A DNA stretch of 64,000 nucleotides from Mobula hypostoma (Eukaryota). The position numbers were made by a program, and so were the translations under genes. Below are positions 12,441 through 25,380 of this stretch, in pieces. The number at the start of each line of letters is the position of its first letter. Position 1 is the first letter of the stretch. The notes beneath the pieces are model-generated. The model worked only from the letters and a program-made list of their open reading frames with translations, searched no databases and was not told where the DNA came from. Location: assembly GCF_963921235.1 (NCBI RefSeq), contig NC_086116.1:57660001-57724000 (forward strand), in the 5' to 3' direction.

Positions 12441-13930
12441 GGTCTTTCTTTTATAATCAATCTGACTGCCAAAAATGGGTGGCAATGGAGTTGAACTCTA
12501 ATAAGGATCTCTCCATTTCCACATTTCTTGGATCTGTACTTCCTTGTCACTTGCCTAAACTAATTGTTAATCCTCTCATTAAGCATACTCTGAGAATATG
12601 GGCTCAGTTCAGAAAATATTATGGTCTTCACAGTTTCTCTCTCTCTAGTCCTGTTTTACATAACCATCTTTTCCGACCTTCTATGCAAGACCTGTCTGGT
12701 ACAGAAAGGGCATTAGGCGCTTTGAAGATCTTTTCATAGATAATCACTTTGCAACTTTTGAATAACTGTCTGCAAAATTTAACCTACCTAATACTCATTT
12801 CTTTTAGATATCTTCAAATTAGACACCTTGTTAACCCTTTAATACCAAATTTTCCTGAGATTCCTGTAAAAAAACGTTGTGGACTTGTTTCTTTGTATAA
12901 ATCCATCGGGTAAAGGTTTAATATCTACTATTCGCAATAAGTTAGTGACCTTGAGTCATGCCCCCTTTGATAAAATTAGAACTGCCTGGGAGCATGGTTT
13001 AAATATTTCTCTGTCCAATGAGGTTTGGGATTCAATTCTTAATTCAGTTAACTCAAACTCTTTATGTGCTCACCACTGTCTTTTGCAGTTCAAAGTTGTT
13101 CATGTGCTCATATGTCTAAAACTAAATTATCACGGTTCTATTCTGATATTAGTCCCTTTTGTGACATGTGTATAGTGGGCAAGGCTTCTCTTATCCGCAT
13201 GTATTGGGCTTGTCCTAGTTTGGAGAAATTTTGGAGAGAAGTCTTTTTAACTTTATCCCATATTCTTAATTGCCACTTAGAACCTAACCCTTTGATTGCT
13301 GTTTTTGGCACCTCGGGTGAAGTTGACATGCATTTGAGTCCGACTAAACGTCGAACATTATCTTTTGCCTCTCTTTTGGCTAGACGTTTAGTTCCTAGGT
13401 GGAGAGATGTTGCCCCCTCCCACTCATGCTCAACGGTGTAGAAACATTATGTCCCGCTTAGACCTTGAAAAGATTCATTATTCACTTCTTAATTCTGACA
13501 TAAAGTTCCATAAGGTGTGGGGACCTTTCCTTGAATATTTTCAAAATTCCTCTTTAGATTAAAGGTTTATCCTCCTTTTTTTTGTGTTTTATTCCCTTAC
13601 TTTCAGCTTTTTTTTCTGGTTAAGTTTTAGGGTTTTTTTTCATGTGAAGTATTTTACCGTTTAGGTAGTAGGCAATATAATTTTTTTATATTTACAGCTC
13701 TGTGGTGACAAAAGCTGTGTTTAACTTTACATCGAAATGGTTGGCTTGGAGTTGCGTAGTGGGAGGGTGGGGAGGATACTAACTTTATATGATTTTATTT
13801 TGGGTGCTTTTTCTTTATTGTTATGAATTTTATATTAGACATGTTTGTTTTGCACTGTATAAATCTCTTTTTGCTGGTGGTTTTTTTGTTGTATTGTAGA
13901 AGCTCATAAAAAATTAATTAATAAAAAAAC
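12441..13930 (+). mobile_element. L1/Tx1-type LINE, 5'-truncated (ORF2 C-terminal zinc-knuckle region, 3' UTR, polyA)
   Basis: Frameshifted ORF2 motifs (FFRYLQIR; LLQFKVVH; CD.C...LI.MYW.CP.L..FW), AATAAA and A-tail, 11-bp TSD GATCAAAACAG at 12430-12440 and 13931-13941. Confidence 0.85.
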
Positions 13931-14520
13931 GATCAAAACAGACACAAAGTGGGTTGAGGTGCTGTTTAGTAGGCCAAGGCGATAGCAGCTTTTATGTTGA
14001 ACCTGGGCATTAGCTGACTGCTCTGGCATTCAATCCAGTGGTTAGGTTACAGTAATGGAGAAAAAAACTGTTCCATTCTCCAACTTCATTATCCGTCTTT
14101 CCCAGAAACCGAAGCACTGAATCTGCTCTCAAGAATTCACCATCAATATACTGTGTGATACTATAGAGTCCTGGATTGCTGCTCCCATTGTGTCCTATTC
14201 ATTCACCACCCAGAACACAGTTCCAGGTCAGAAAATTCTCATCTTTGTGTTCAAATCCCTGAGTCCCCTTCTCTTAACTTTTTACAGACTCTTAGCCCAA
14301 CACCTTTACCCTCCCACATCTTCATCCATGCCTCCCATTGATTTGGCTCTCTTGACCCTATTCTCTGGAATTCCCTTCCTAAATCTCCCTCCTGATATAT
14401 GTCAAACTTTTAGCTAGTGCCAGCTCATTTGCAACTTTGTTCTGGTCTGATTGTGCCCTTGCCGGTGGGCCCTGGGGGTGGGGGTTACTGTGCTAAAGGT
14501 GCTCTTTGTTCTGTCTGAAG

Positions 14521-14625
14521 GAAGCAGGAGACCACAATCAGTTCTGCTGGAGGAACCTCTTCTCGTGCATCAACCTGCTGCGTACCCTAAACAAGCTCAC
14601 CAAGTGGAAGCACTCTCGCACCATG
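14521..14625 (+). CDS. STRIP2: STRIP2 exon (EAGDHNQFCWRNLFSCINLLRTLNKLTKWKHSRTM)
   Basis: ctgaag| and |gtgaga; conserved CWRNLFSCINLLR. Confidence 0.95.
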
Positions 14626-15084
14626 GTGAGAACAATTGTGAACCACGGTCATCTTGTCGAACGGCTTTAGTAATATTTTATTGAAAGCAATGTGTAGGAA
14701 AGTGTAGAGGAACTGATGAAATTGCTGTGAAAGGACCCAGCGTATTTTTAACGGCTCTTTTTCTTGTAACTTGTGATTTCCATTTACTTATTTAGATACG
14801 ACGCCCTTCTGGCCCAGCAACCTGCACAACCCGACAACCTCCCAATTTAACCCTAGCCTAATCGATCACAGGACAATTTACAATGACCAATTAACCTACT
14901 AACCCGAACATCGTTCGACTGTGGGAGGAAACCGGAGCACTGGGAGGAAACCCACACGCTCACAGGGAGAACATAGAAACTCCTTACTGACAGTGCCGGA
15001 ATTGAACTCTGAACTGCGCCCCAAGCTGTAATAGTTAGTTTCTCCCTGTTGTGCCACTGCTGTTTGAGCCAGCAGTTAAGGTTT

Positions 15085-15322
15085 GTTCCATTACTGTTTC
15101 CATAACAGTTTTGTTTTACCAGTCAGGGTTGTGAACCCCGAACTGAACCTCTGAACCTGGAGGACTGGTGGACCACAAATTTACCATTTGGCCTGTTTGG
15201 CATGGGTGACCCTACCAGGAGCCAAAGCACAAGGCCCTGACTCCAGCCAGCAGAGCTCTCCGGGCCATTGCGGCACATAAGCCTCCAAACCCTACGACAA
15301 GCTTGTGGTCCTCTTGGAGTCA
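15085..15322 (-). mobile_element. RTE-derived non-autonomous element, 5' part
   Basis: Reverse complement matches 30063-30300 and 35572-35810. Confidence 0.75.
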
Positions 15323-15853
15323 AGCTGTCATAGTGTTGTGCTAACTGTACCACGACCCTATAAGGTTTCTGAATGGACAGCCCACCTAGAACAATTGTCA
15401 CAGCCTCCCATGTCCACGTTCCAGGGAGGGATACTGGCTCAATATGCATTACCGTTATTCCTGGGTCCTTCCATTTCCACAGGTAAAGGATGTGCTCAGC
15501 CCAAGCTGTGGATAATGGGCCACTCGCACTGCGGCTAGCTCTGGTATAAGCTCACTAGAGGAGTTGGCTATCAGCTCCCTTCACCCTGGAGGAAGTTCAG
15601 GAGCCAGGCTTGTGCAAGGAAGCCCACAGGAAAGGAACTGAGAAAATTCCGTAAGAAATTAACCCTGGAGAAGGATATCAGCTCCTTGAGCCTTTTCTGC
15701 TTTTCCTTCTCCATTTCCCTGGCCTCTCTCTCTGTAAAGTTTGCCCCCTTTAAAAGTCTACAGTGAAGGGGTAACAGTGAACCAGTTGGCTTTGCAGTAG
15801 AAATTGTTCCTCCATTCACTATTGATGAGGTCCATCTTCTGGTTTGTCTCCAG

Positions 15854-16058
15854 ATGCTTGTGGTGTTCAAGTCGGCACCGATCCTGAAGCGGGTGCTCAG
15901 GGCCAGGCAGGCAATGATGCAGCTGTACGCCCTCAAGCTGCTGAAGATCCAAGCCAAGTACATGGGGCGCCAGTGGAGGAAGAGCAACATGAAGACCTTG
16001 TCTGCCATCTACCACAAAGTGCGGCATCGCTTTAACGACGACTGGGCCTATGGAAATG
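15854..16058 (+). CDS. STRIP2: STRIP2 exon (MLVVFKSAPILKR...NDDWAYGN)
   Basis: ctccag| and |gtacgg; conserved STRIP sequence. Confidence 0.95.
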
Positions 16059-18314
16059 GTACGGGGTGGGGGGGGGATATCCATCTCAGCAGGAGGACAT
16101 TCAGCTTGGTTTGTCAACGTACTGAAAGTGAGCTCGGCACCCTCGGTTGTAATCACAACAGCAAGCTCTGACAGCAGCAAAGGAGCAGCACCTCAGTATT
16201 AGTGGTGATGTGTGAGCGACATGTATTGTGGAGGTAACTGTCCCCCGGCCTGAAATAATGGTCATATGAACCTGGTTGCCCATCTAAGCATGCAGACAGG
16301 ATGTCAACTAACATCTGAAAGACGGCACCTCCGATACACAGCACCACTCACTGCGAGTGTCAGTGTAGGTTATGTCCTCAAGTTGCTGTGGTGGGATTTG
16401 AACCCACGACTATCTGCTCTGAAGTGAGGTCGTTACAGCTGAGCCATTGCTGACATCCAAGCCCTAGGATGGAAAACCCCTTCTGCGTTACCTGCAGTAT
16501 TGTCAGATCTCTGATCACAACAAAACTACACAATAAAAATGTAAACGAAATGCGGGAAAGTCTCAGCAGGTCAGACAGCATGGTGGAAAGAGAAGCCGTT
16601 GACATTTTATACCTGTGCTCCTTCACTGGAGCATATGCGGTGGAGAGCATTCTGACTGGTTGCATCGTAGCCTGGAACAGAGCCTCCTATGTACAGGATA
16701 GCAAGAGCTGTAGACTCGGCCAGCTCCCTTGCAGACATAACCCTCCCCTCCCCTCCATTAAGACTGGACTGAAGAGGCAGTGGCTCAGGAAGGTGACCCT
16801 CACTATCCAGGACATGCCCTCTTCTCATTGCTGCCATCGGAGAGGAAGTACAGAGTCTGAAGACACACACTCAATGATTCAGAACCAGCTCCTGCCCCTC
16901 CACCATCAGATTTCACCAACACCAGCTTCTTATTTATTTTTTGTTCTGAGATTTATTTTTTGTAGTAATTTATGTTGTTGCACTGTACTCAAACAGCATA
17001 CTCAGTGATAATAAACCTGTTTCTCTTGCTGATATACCAATTTGATTGAGGTTAGAATTTGGGAGGCATAATGACTAAGGGGTATAAATACAAATACAGC
17101 CCAAGTGCAGGCCACTGAGCCCAGTTATTAATGCTGCTGTTTGTTATTCCTTCCACTTCCACTTAACCCAGAATATGCTTTCCCTTCTATGTGATTTTCC
17201 AGCTTTCATAGAAATCCATTGAAAATCCAGTACTCCTCAGCGTAATGAGCTCCAAGCTCCAGCTAATCTCTGTTTAAAGGTTTATCCGAGAACTGTACCA
17301 CTTTTAATTTACTTGGGGTCCATCTAAATACAAGTTCCAAAAGTGGAAATATTCTTCCACTTAGTCAAAGTTCAAAGGAAATTTATTATCAAAGTACATT
17401 TGTGTCACCGTTTACAACCCTGAGATTTGTTTCCTTGCAGGCATTCATAGTAAATACAAAAAACACATCACACAATAGAATCAATACAAACACTAATGCA
17501 ACAAAGATGAACAACCAGTATGCAGAAAAACCATAAACTGTGCAAATTCATAAATAGAAAAAAAAACAAAATAATATTAACAAATAAGCGATAAATATTG
17601 AGAACAGGTGACGAAGAGTCCTTGATACTGAGTCCATTGGTGTGAAGTCAGTTCAGTGTTGGGTTGAGTCAAGTTCTCCCCTCTGGTTCAAGAGCCTGAT
17701 GGTTGAAGGGTAGTAACTGTCCCTGAACCTGGTGACGTGGGACCTGAGGCTCCTGTATCTTCCTGATGGCAGCAGTGAGAAGAGTGCATGGCCCGGGTGT
17801 TGGGGGTCCTTGACGATGGATGCTGCTTTCCTGCGACAGGACTCATTGTAGATGTGGTCAATGGTGGGGAGGGCTTCACCTGCGATGGACTGCGCTCTAC
17901 CAGTACTTTTTGTAGGCTTTGCTGTTCAAGAACTTTGGTGTTTCTATACCAGGCCATGATACAACCAGTCTGTTTACTCTCCACCATGATCTATAGAAGT
18001 CTGAAAGTTTTAGATAACGTACAGAATCTTCGCAAACTTCTCAGGAAGTAAAGGCACTGTCTTGCTTTCTTTGTACTGGCACTTATGTGCTAGACCGAGG
18101 ACAGATCCTCTGAAATCATAACGCTGAGGAATGTAAAGTTACTGACCCTCTCCACCTCCCATTCTGTAGTCTAATGAACCGTTCATAATTTTGATTCCGG
18201 TTACCTGTCTATTCGATGTGTTGGTAAGTTACAATCTCTCATTCCAGCATCATCTTGTGATCCATGTAATTTCAAAGGCTTGCAAGACTGATGTCCGTCT
18301 GTGTCTTCCTACAG

Positions 18315-18571
18315 AGATCGATGCTCGGCCCTGGGATTTCCAGGCGGAGGAGTGTGCTCTGAGGGTCCACATCGAGGCCTTCAACAGTCGCCGCTATGGT
18401 GTGTGCCCCAGCGACTTGGAGTTTTCTCCCGTGGACAACTGCCTGCAGAGCGTGCTGGGCCACCGACTCCCGCTGCCCGACGATTTCCGCTACAGCTACG
18501 AACTCTGGTTGGAGAGGGAGGTCTTTGCGCAGCCCATACGCTGGGAGGATCTTCTACGACCCATGGCGTGA
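18315..18571 (+). CDS. STRIP2: STRIP2 last coding exon (IDARPWDFQAEECALR...WLEREVFAQPIRWEDLLRPMA*)
   Basis: ctacag| acceptor, TGA at 18569-18571; conserved STRIP C-terminus. Confidence 0.95.
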
Positions 18572-19249
18572 TGGCGGCAAGCTTGCCCGTTGTGTGGGTG
18601 CTGCTATTCTGCCCGGTCTTCCTAATGAAAAAGGGATCTCAGCACTTGACTGCTGTTAGATTTGTACCTCGTGATGGGAGCTCGCTGTTTTTCTGCCCAT
18701 TCCCCACCCTCCCTCTGGCGACCTGACTTGAGTGACTCTGTGCCCTTATGTTGTTTTGTAGCCTCCAGTTGGTCACACATGGACAACTGGAGTGAAAGGA
18801 CAGGGTGTATCCAGGGAGGAAGCCTGCCCCCACCCTGCAGTTACCCCTCTCACATCAAACTGAGAGTAGCAGGGCAATACCCTGAGTCCTTCCCATTCTG
18901 TGGACGTGAACTCAGTGTTACTGCACTCTACATCTCTGCACCTGGCACAAGGGGGGCAGCTGAATTCTCTTCTTGCCCAACTGTGTCGAGCACTGGCAGT
19001 AATTTGGCTGGATTCACTTGAATACCGACAGTAAATACCCACTTACTGAAGGCGATGGTCTCAATCTTGCCCCATCTGGTGAAGAACAGCCATCCAGCAC
19101 GAAAGGCTGAACAGCCTCCTCCTGCCCTGGAATTACTTCGACTGGACATCCTGAAAGGAAATTATGGGCTCTGGTCACAGAAAGATTACAACATGGAAGT
19201 AGCTGAATGGCTTGTTCTTCCAAGTCACATCTCCCCTAAAGAGAGGGCC

Positions 19250-19362
19250 CAGAACTGGACCATCTTCCCTAGAGAGAGAGCCTAGAACTGGACCATCTTC
19301 CCTAGGGAGAGAGCCTAGAACTAGACCACCATCCCTGGAGACACTGCTCGGAACTGGACCAC
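19250..19362. repeat. About 33-bp tandem repeat (3-4 copies) in the probable STRIP2 3' UTR
   Basis: agaactggaccatcttccctagagagagagcct repeated. Confidence 0.8.
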
Positions 19363-22300
19363 CTTAGATAGAATGTTCCAGCTGTGGCCGGCTTAGTGTT
19401 TTATTATCATTCGTCATGATATTCTTGGATTTTCTGCCTCTTTTCTAAAGCCCAGAAAGCATGTGCTTTTAAACTACTTTTTCACTTTCAGCAAACTATG
19501 CATGTATATCACCGACCTCTCTATTCCCCTACCCTTCAAGAATTGTGTCCTCTCATGTATACTGTCTCTTTGAACTGAAATGGAGTATGTCAGTTTTCTG
19601 CATTAAATTTAATGACCCATCTCTCTACAACCTGGCTGCATCCTTTTTAAGTCCCTCACTGTCCTTTTCACGGTTCACTGTGCTTCCAAGGTGAACATTG
19701 TATGCTTCTATCATTGATATACATCGGAAATTGCTCCTTCCCGCACCTTGTGTGGCAACCCTGCCATTTCTTTAGCATTTGTTTTTTAACGAGGCTGAGT
19801 TGCCAGGTCAATGCTCATCCCAGCACGGATGGAATGCATGCAAGGAGCCGGCCGGATTCGAACCTGGGACCATTGGCCAGCTACATATCAGGAAAAGTCC
19901 TGGGCAATTCTAGTACATTACTCTCCAATCTATTAAACAACCACATAATGCGGCTTACTGGTGTTTTCCTAATTCTCTATCCATACTTCTACTGCCCATT
20001 GCCTTAAGATTAATATTGCGGTTTGTATTAAAGTTATTGGTACCCATTGGTGGGTCTTGGTTATGTTGACTCTGTATGCAGTGGATGTTTAGAACAACTG
20101 ACTTCATGGTTATCGAGTTTTTAATGGGTGCTACAGACTCACACGAGACGAACAACAGTATGGGCCAAGTTGATCTGTCACAGAGTTGCTCACGTTTTAG
20201 GTGCACACCCCCTAGATGACAGGGATCTCATTGAAACACATCAAATATTGAAAGGCTGAGAAAGAATGGACATGGAGAGGAAGTTTCCAATGGTGGGAAA
20301 GTCTCGGGCCAGGGGACACTTCAGAACACAAGGGTGTCTCTTCAGAACTGGGATGAGGAGGAGTTTCCTTTAGCCAGCGGGTCGTGAATCTGTCATAGAG
20401 TCACAGAACACCACCTCACAGAAACGGGCCCTGTGGCCATCTAGTCTGTACTGAACCATTAATTTGCCTATTCCCATCTGCCAGTGGCATTCATTGCCAA
20501 AAATGTCTGTGAAAACTAAGTATTTGAGTACATTTAAAGTGGAGGTTCATAGTAATGGCATCAAAGGTTAAGGGGAGATGTCAGGAGAGTGGGGTTGAGA
20601 GGGATAATAAATCAGCCAATAGCAGAGCGGACTTCATGGGTCAAATGCCCTAATTCTGTCCTTGTATGAACAGGATAACCAAGGTGGATTGGTGAATCAA
20701 CTGGCCATTTGTCCAGGCAAGTAGGGTCTCTGCTCAACTTGTACCTGAAGGAAGACACTTGCAACAATGCTGTGTTCCGCTGGATTGGTTAGTCAGCCTA
20801 CAATCCTCGACAACAAGGTGTGAGTGAAACATCTGACCCTCAGCTGAGGCCACCATGTAGAGCAATGAGTTAGTGTTGTAACAACCACCTCTTTCACAAC
20901 AAACATTTATTCAGTCAACATGGTTTATTCAAACACTGCACCAGCAGTCTAGAGTCCAAATGCCTCTTAAATGTTGTTACATTGACTAAAATGTACATCC
21001 TGCCTTCATATCATGTGTGGAAATGTTTGCTTTACCTTTTTCCCCTTGGCCTGTCCTCACCCTCACCCTCGGCTTTAGTTTTGCCCCTTAGCCGGATTAT
21101 TCCAGGTTTCTGTCAAATTCCTGGATCCCCTGTGCTCTCTGCGTATCACTGGAGACCAAGGTTTAAGAACGGTGAAATCTAATTCAATGAGACCAGACAG
21201 GGTCCTGCTCTTTGACCCATCTCATTTGTCAAATCAATGGTTCAAAGGTTCATTTATTATCAGAGTATACAACTCTGAAATTCTTCTTCCCTGGGTAGCC
21301 ATGAAACCATGAGAGAAAGGAAAAGAAAGACAGCACAATCATCAGCCCCCAAATCCCCCCTCCCCACACAAATAAAAACAAAACAAAAAACAGACAGGCA
21401 CATCAACCCCCAAATCCCTCTTCCTGCACAAAAAAATGAACAAAATGGAACAGACATATCGACCCCCAAATCCCTAACCCCACACAAAAAAAACAAGATC
21501 AGGAAAAAAACACAATACAAAAACTATAAGATCAGGAAAGGTCTACAGTCCAAGTCCACATCCGAAACACAGAAAACCTGGGCACAGCCACAGGCTCTCC
21601 CCCCTCCAGTAGTGTAGCAGACCAATCCTCAGCGATCAAAAGGCAGGAAGCTGGTGCTCAGCTTCCACCTTCACCTCGAGGTTTCAATCTCACTCATTGC
21701 TTTAATTGGCAAAATGGGGTGACACATCAGCTTGAACAAGTTAATAGCATGTGCTTTTGCCACATGACTACTATTTCAACTAATCCTAGCTCAATACTCA
21801 TGAAAGTTTCTCTTAAAGGCCTCAGTTCAATCTTTCTTGGGGACAGTGAGTTCGATGTTCTGACCCCCTCTGGATAAAGTTCCCTTTGACATGCCCACTG
21901 AATGTTTTGGGGTTCTTTATCATTTCTGTTAAGACCTGAATTTCTTTACCTCTACCTTTAGTAACCTGATGGATTGTGTTTTGGTCATTTCTCTTAATGA
22001 GTCTTGTGTCCACTGTTATACCTGCAGTGCAAACTCTGTGATGTCACCTGTGACATCATAGGCAACTAATGCTGCCCAAAATGCAGTGCTGCTATTTATG
22101 ATGTCACAGATTTGGAGATAGTGGGTTAAATATCAACGTCAGGGTCTTCGTGGCCAATCGTTCTGGAACCACAACCTGAGAGGCTGATTACTGGGAGGCG
22201 GTGAGTGTATGTTTTCAGCATCTTGACTGGATAATTAAATGAATTAAACATTAACAATTCATCCTGGGTACGAATATCCACACCACTCACCACGCACGCA

Positions 22301-22881
22301 TTAGTTACCGGTAACCCCATGAAGGCGCAGCTCGGGCGGTGAGTGTACGTTTTTGGGAGCTCAGCTGGATAATTAAATGAATTAAACATTCTAAAGTCGG
22401 TGAGGTGGAAAATCTGGAATGATTGTGATCGAGGTTGGTTGGAGCAAATGCATTTGTTCAATTTAAAAACATGATTTAAATGTTCAGCAGGTTAAGATAT
22501 ACAGAGAGCAGAACAGATTTAATGTTTCAGGAACATGAGTTACCCCCAAGGCCCCTCGTCTCTGTTATTTAAATTAAATAGTGATTAAACTGATTGAAAC
22601 TCCAGTCCCCCATTTCATTCTCCCCACAGTAACCTTTCTCTCACTTGCTTCTATCGAACCTTCATCCTAGTAGTGTCCTGACTTCAAACTGCCTGTTTCT
22701 ACCTCCTACCTAAGATTCTCAACCAGGACTAACTACCCTGGTAGATAGACCCAATGTTTCTGCCTGCTCTCAAGCACAGAGGTTCTCTCTTCATACCTTC
22801 ACTCAATCCTGTCTATCCTTATCCAGTTGCTTCTATATCCCTCTATCCTCTGCCGAATCATATGCCCAAATGGCTCTAAAG

Positions 22882-22951
22882 CAGGGGTTCCCAACCTTTT
22901 TATGCCATGGACCCCTACTGAGGGGTCCGTGGACACCGGGTTGGAACCCTG
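22882..22951. mobile_element. hAT-Charlie-like MITE (70-80 bp); copies at 50121-50200 and 62426-62501
   Basis: TIR caggggttcccaacc...ggttgg(g)aaccc(c)tg, with imperfect 8-bp TSDs resembling NTCTAGAN. Confidence 0.7.
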
Positions 22952-23224
22952 CTCACAAGCATTACTCTTGTATACGTTCATATCGTCTCCCCAGTGCTGC
23001 ATTCCAGCAACCTTCCACTTTCCTGTCTGCACAACAAACCTTGGTCCTTTAAACATTCCCTTGTTCACTTGAAACCTAATTGCAGAATGTACACAGAGAA
23101 AAGACTATCTGCCTTGCCCACACCCCTCCTGGTTTGATCTACTCCTGTTAGGCCACTCCTCGACTTTCACTGCATCAGAGGAAACAATCCAGGTTTGTCT
23201 CCTTATATCGAGTACCTGTACCTG

Positions 23225-24055
23225 ATCCAGCACATCGGTAAAACTCTTCACCACCCTTTCCGCTCACCGGATACTCTCTGATCCAGCACGCCAGTAAAAC
23301 TCCACACCGCCCTCTCCGCTCACCAGATACTCTCTGATCCAGCATGCCGGTAAAACTCTCCACTCACCAGAAACTCTCTGATCCAGCACGCCGGTAAAAC
23401 TCTTCACCGCCCTCTCCACTCACCAGATACTCTCTGATCCAGCATGCCCCTAAAACTCTCCACTCACCAGAAACTCTCTGATCCAGCACGCCGGTAAAAC
23501 TCTTCACCGGCCTCTCCGCTCACCAGATACTCTCTGATCCAGCACACCAGTAAAACTCCTCAACACCCTCTCTGCTCACCAGATACTCTCTGATCCAGCA
23601 TGCAAGTAAAACTCTTCACCGCCCTCTCTGCTCACCAGATACTCTCTGATCCAGCATGCAAGTAAAACTCTTCACCGCCCTCTCTGCTCACCAGATACTC
23701 TCTGATCCAGCATGCAGGTAAAACTCTTCACCGCCCTCTCTGCTCACCAGATACTCTCTGATCCAGCATGCAGGTAAAACTCTTCACCGCCCTCTCTGCT
23801 CACCAGATACTCTCTGAACCAGCACGCCGGTAAAACTCTTCACCGCCCTCTCTGCTCACCAGATACTCTCTGAACCAGCACGCCGGTAAAACTCTCCACT
23901 CACCAGATACTCTCTGATTCAGCATGCCGGTAAAACTCTCCACTCACCAGAAACTCTCTGATCCAGCACGCTGGTAAAACTCTTCACCACCCTCTCTGCT
24001 CACCAGATACTCTCTGATCCAGCACGCCGGTAAAGCTCTTCACCGCCCTCTCCAC
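23225..24055. repeat. 56/44-bp minisatellite, about 16 units
   Basis: Unit ctcaccagatactctctgatccagcatgccggtaaaactcttcaccgccctctctg with 44-bp deletion variants. Confidence 0.95.
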
Positions 24056-24659
24056 ATCTTCCTGGATGTGGAGATCAGAACTGTACAGAACAGACCATAG
24101 GACAGAATCAGGCTATTTGGCCCATCGTGTCTGCTCCACCATTTCATCATGGTTGATCCATTTTCCCTCTTACCCCATTCTCCCTGTAACCTTTGCACCC
24201 TGACTAATCAAGAACCTATCAACCTCCACTTTAAATATACCCAACATCTTGGTCTCCACAGCTGTCTGTGGCAATGAATTTCAAAGATTCACCACTGTCT
24301 GGATAAAGAAATTCCACCTCATCATCTCTGTTCTAGAGAAGCTTATAGAAGCTTTATGTCCTTCTTTTCCGAGGCTGTACCCTTGGGTCCTAAACTCGCC
24401 CGCTACCGGAAACATCCTCTGCCTGTCCACTCTATCTTGGCCTTTCAATAGTAGGTAGGTTTCAATAAGGTACCCCCTCTCCCACCCCCCAACCCCCATT
24501 TTTGTAAACAGTACAGGTCCAGAGCTATCAAATACACCTCTCACATTAACCCTTTCATTTCGGAGATCAGGAACACTCCTTAACGAGCTGTACGCTGGAG
24601 ACATGCATCCCTGCCACAAATGCTATGCAATGGGTGTTAGTCCTCGGGAGGGGTATTTA

Positions 24660-25380
24660 TCACCTAGGTACTACCACGGGGCGCGGGAGGGGGCGGTTTA
24701 CTTGCATATCTGCCGCTGGAATACTTATTCTGCGGAAACTGGCTATTTGCTCGCCACCCTCGGTGATTTAACCCTGAGCTGCCCTCCCCGGGATATTTTC
24801 CTCTGTTAATTACGCGGGAGATTCCGTGCTGTTTTTGGTTTCTACGGAGACGCGTAGTAAACAGTTGTTTTCTGCCTGAGCCAGGAGCGCAGGTTTGCAC
24901 TGTCCCGGTTCCGACTCGAACCCCAGACGAACGGTAGGATAGGTAAGTGCCCAGATAGTCCCTCGGAGGGAGGGAGCGACGGAGAGCCCTCCGGATTCCG
25001 GCCTCCGGCCTCCGGGACGAACACGTTGCTGCAAAGCCTTCTGCCCCGCCGGGGATGCTGCCTGCAGCTTTATGTCCTGCTCTGGGCTTCCGATGACTGG
25101 ACAGTGTCCCTGGGCATCTACGTGGGGTTGGGTTCGTCTGGACAGTCAGACCGGGCGCCGCGGCGAGTCTTTATACTGGCAGAGAGAGGATGAGGTTACA
25201 GTTAACGTTTCAGTGGAGATGGCGATGTGGAGCACGGCTCATCGCGTTTTAGGAAATCCGGGGATGACGGGTTACAATGATCCGGTGGTGACATTGTAAC
25301 ACATGAGCCGGGGAGATACGTAATTATTTCGGAAATCGGCTGAGAGGACGAGAAGGAAGGTCCCGAGATGCTGTGACTCC
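24660..25380 (+). promoter_or_regulatory. SMKR1: CpG island, probable SMKR1 promoter and first (non-coding) exon
   Basis: CpG-dense non-TE segment; X-box-like GTTTCTACGGAGAC 24838-24851, forkhead GTAAACA 24857-24863, strong donor AG|GTAAGT after 24942. Confidence 0.55.

Larger units (their letters stand above)
1518..18571 (+). other. STRIP2: STRIP2 (FAM40B) gene, 3' part: nine coding exons, 5' exons lie upstream of the window
   Basis: Nine GT-AG exons splice in frame (1107 nt, 368 aa + stop) and match the STRIP1/2 C-terminal domain. Called STRIP2 rather than STRIP1 because of linkage to SMKR1, CPA and TMEM209, as on human 7q32. Confidence 0.9.

Noticed and set aside
16375-16450. tRNA gene on the minus strand (also 19840-19880)
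   Set aside because: A/B-box-like motifs are present, but there is no complete cloverleaf and the sequence continues into SINE body: these are tRNA-derived SINE heads.
16469-17008. 179-aa ORF as a novel gene (likewise 1228-1788, 10710-11225, 28963-29553, 51607-52086, 58584-59120)
   Set aside because: Chance frames across TE fragments, low-complexity DNA or the antisense of exons; no recognisable domain or splice structure.
1518-18571. Calling the gene STRIP1
   Set aside because: Sequence alone is ambiguous, but linkage with SMKR1, CPA and TMEM209 fits STRIP2.
24931-24933. Non-AUG (ACG) start for SMKR1 at ACG|GTAGGA
   Set aside because: A stronger donor lies 9 nt downstream and a conventional ATG|GT candidate exists at 26877; there is no evidence to prefer it.
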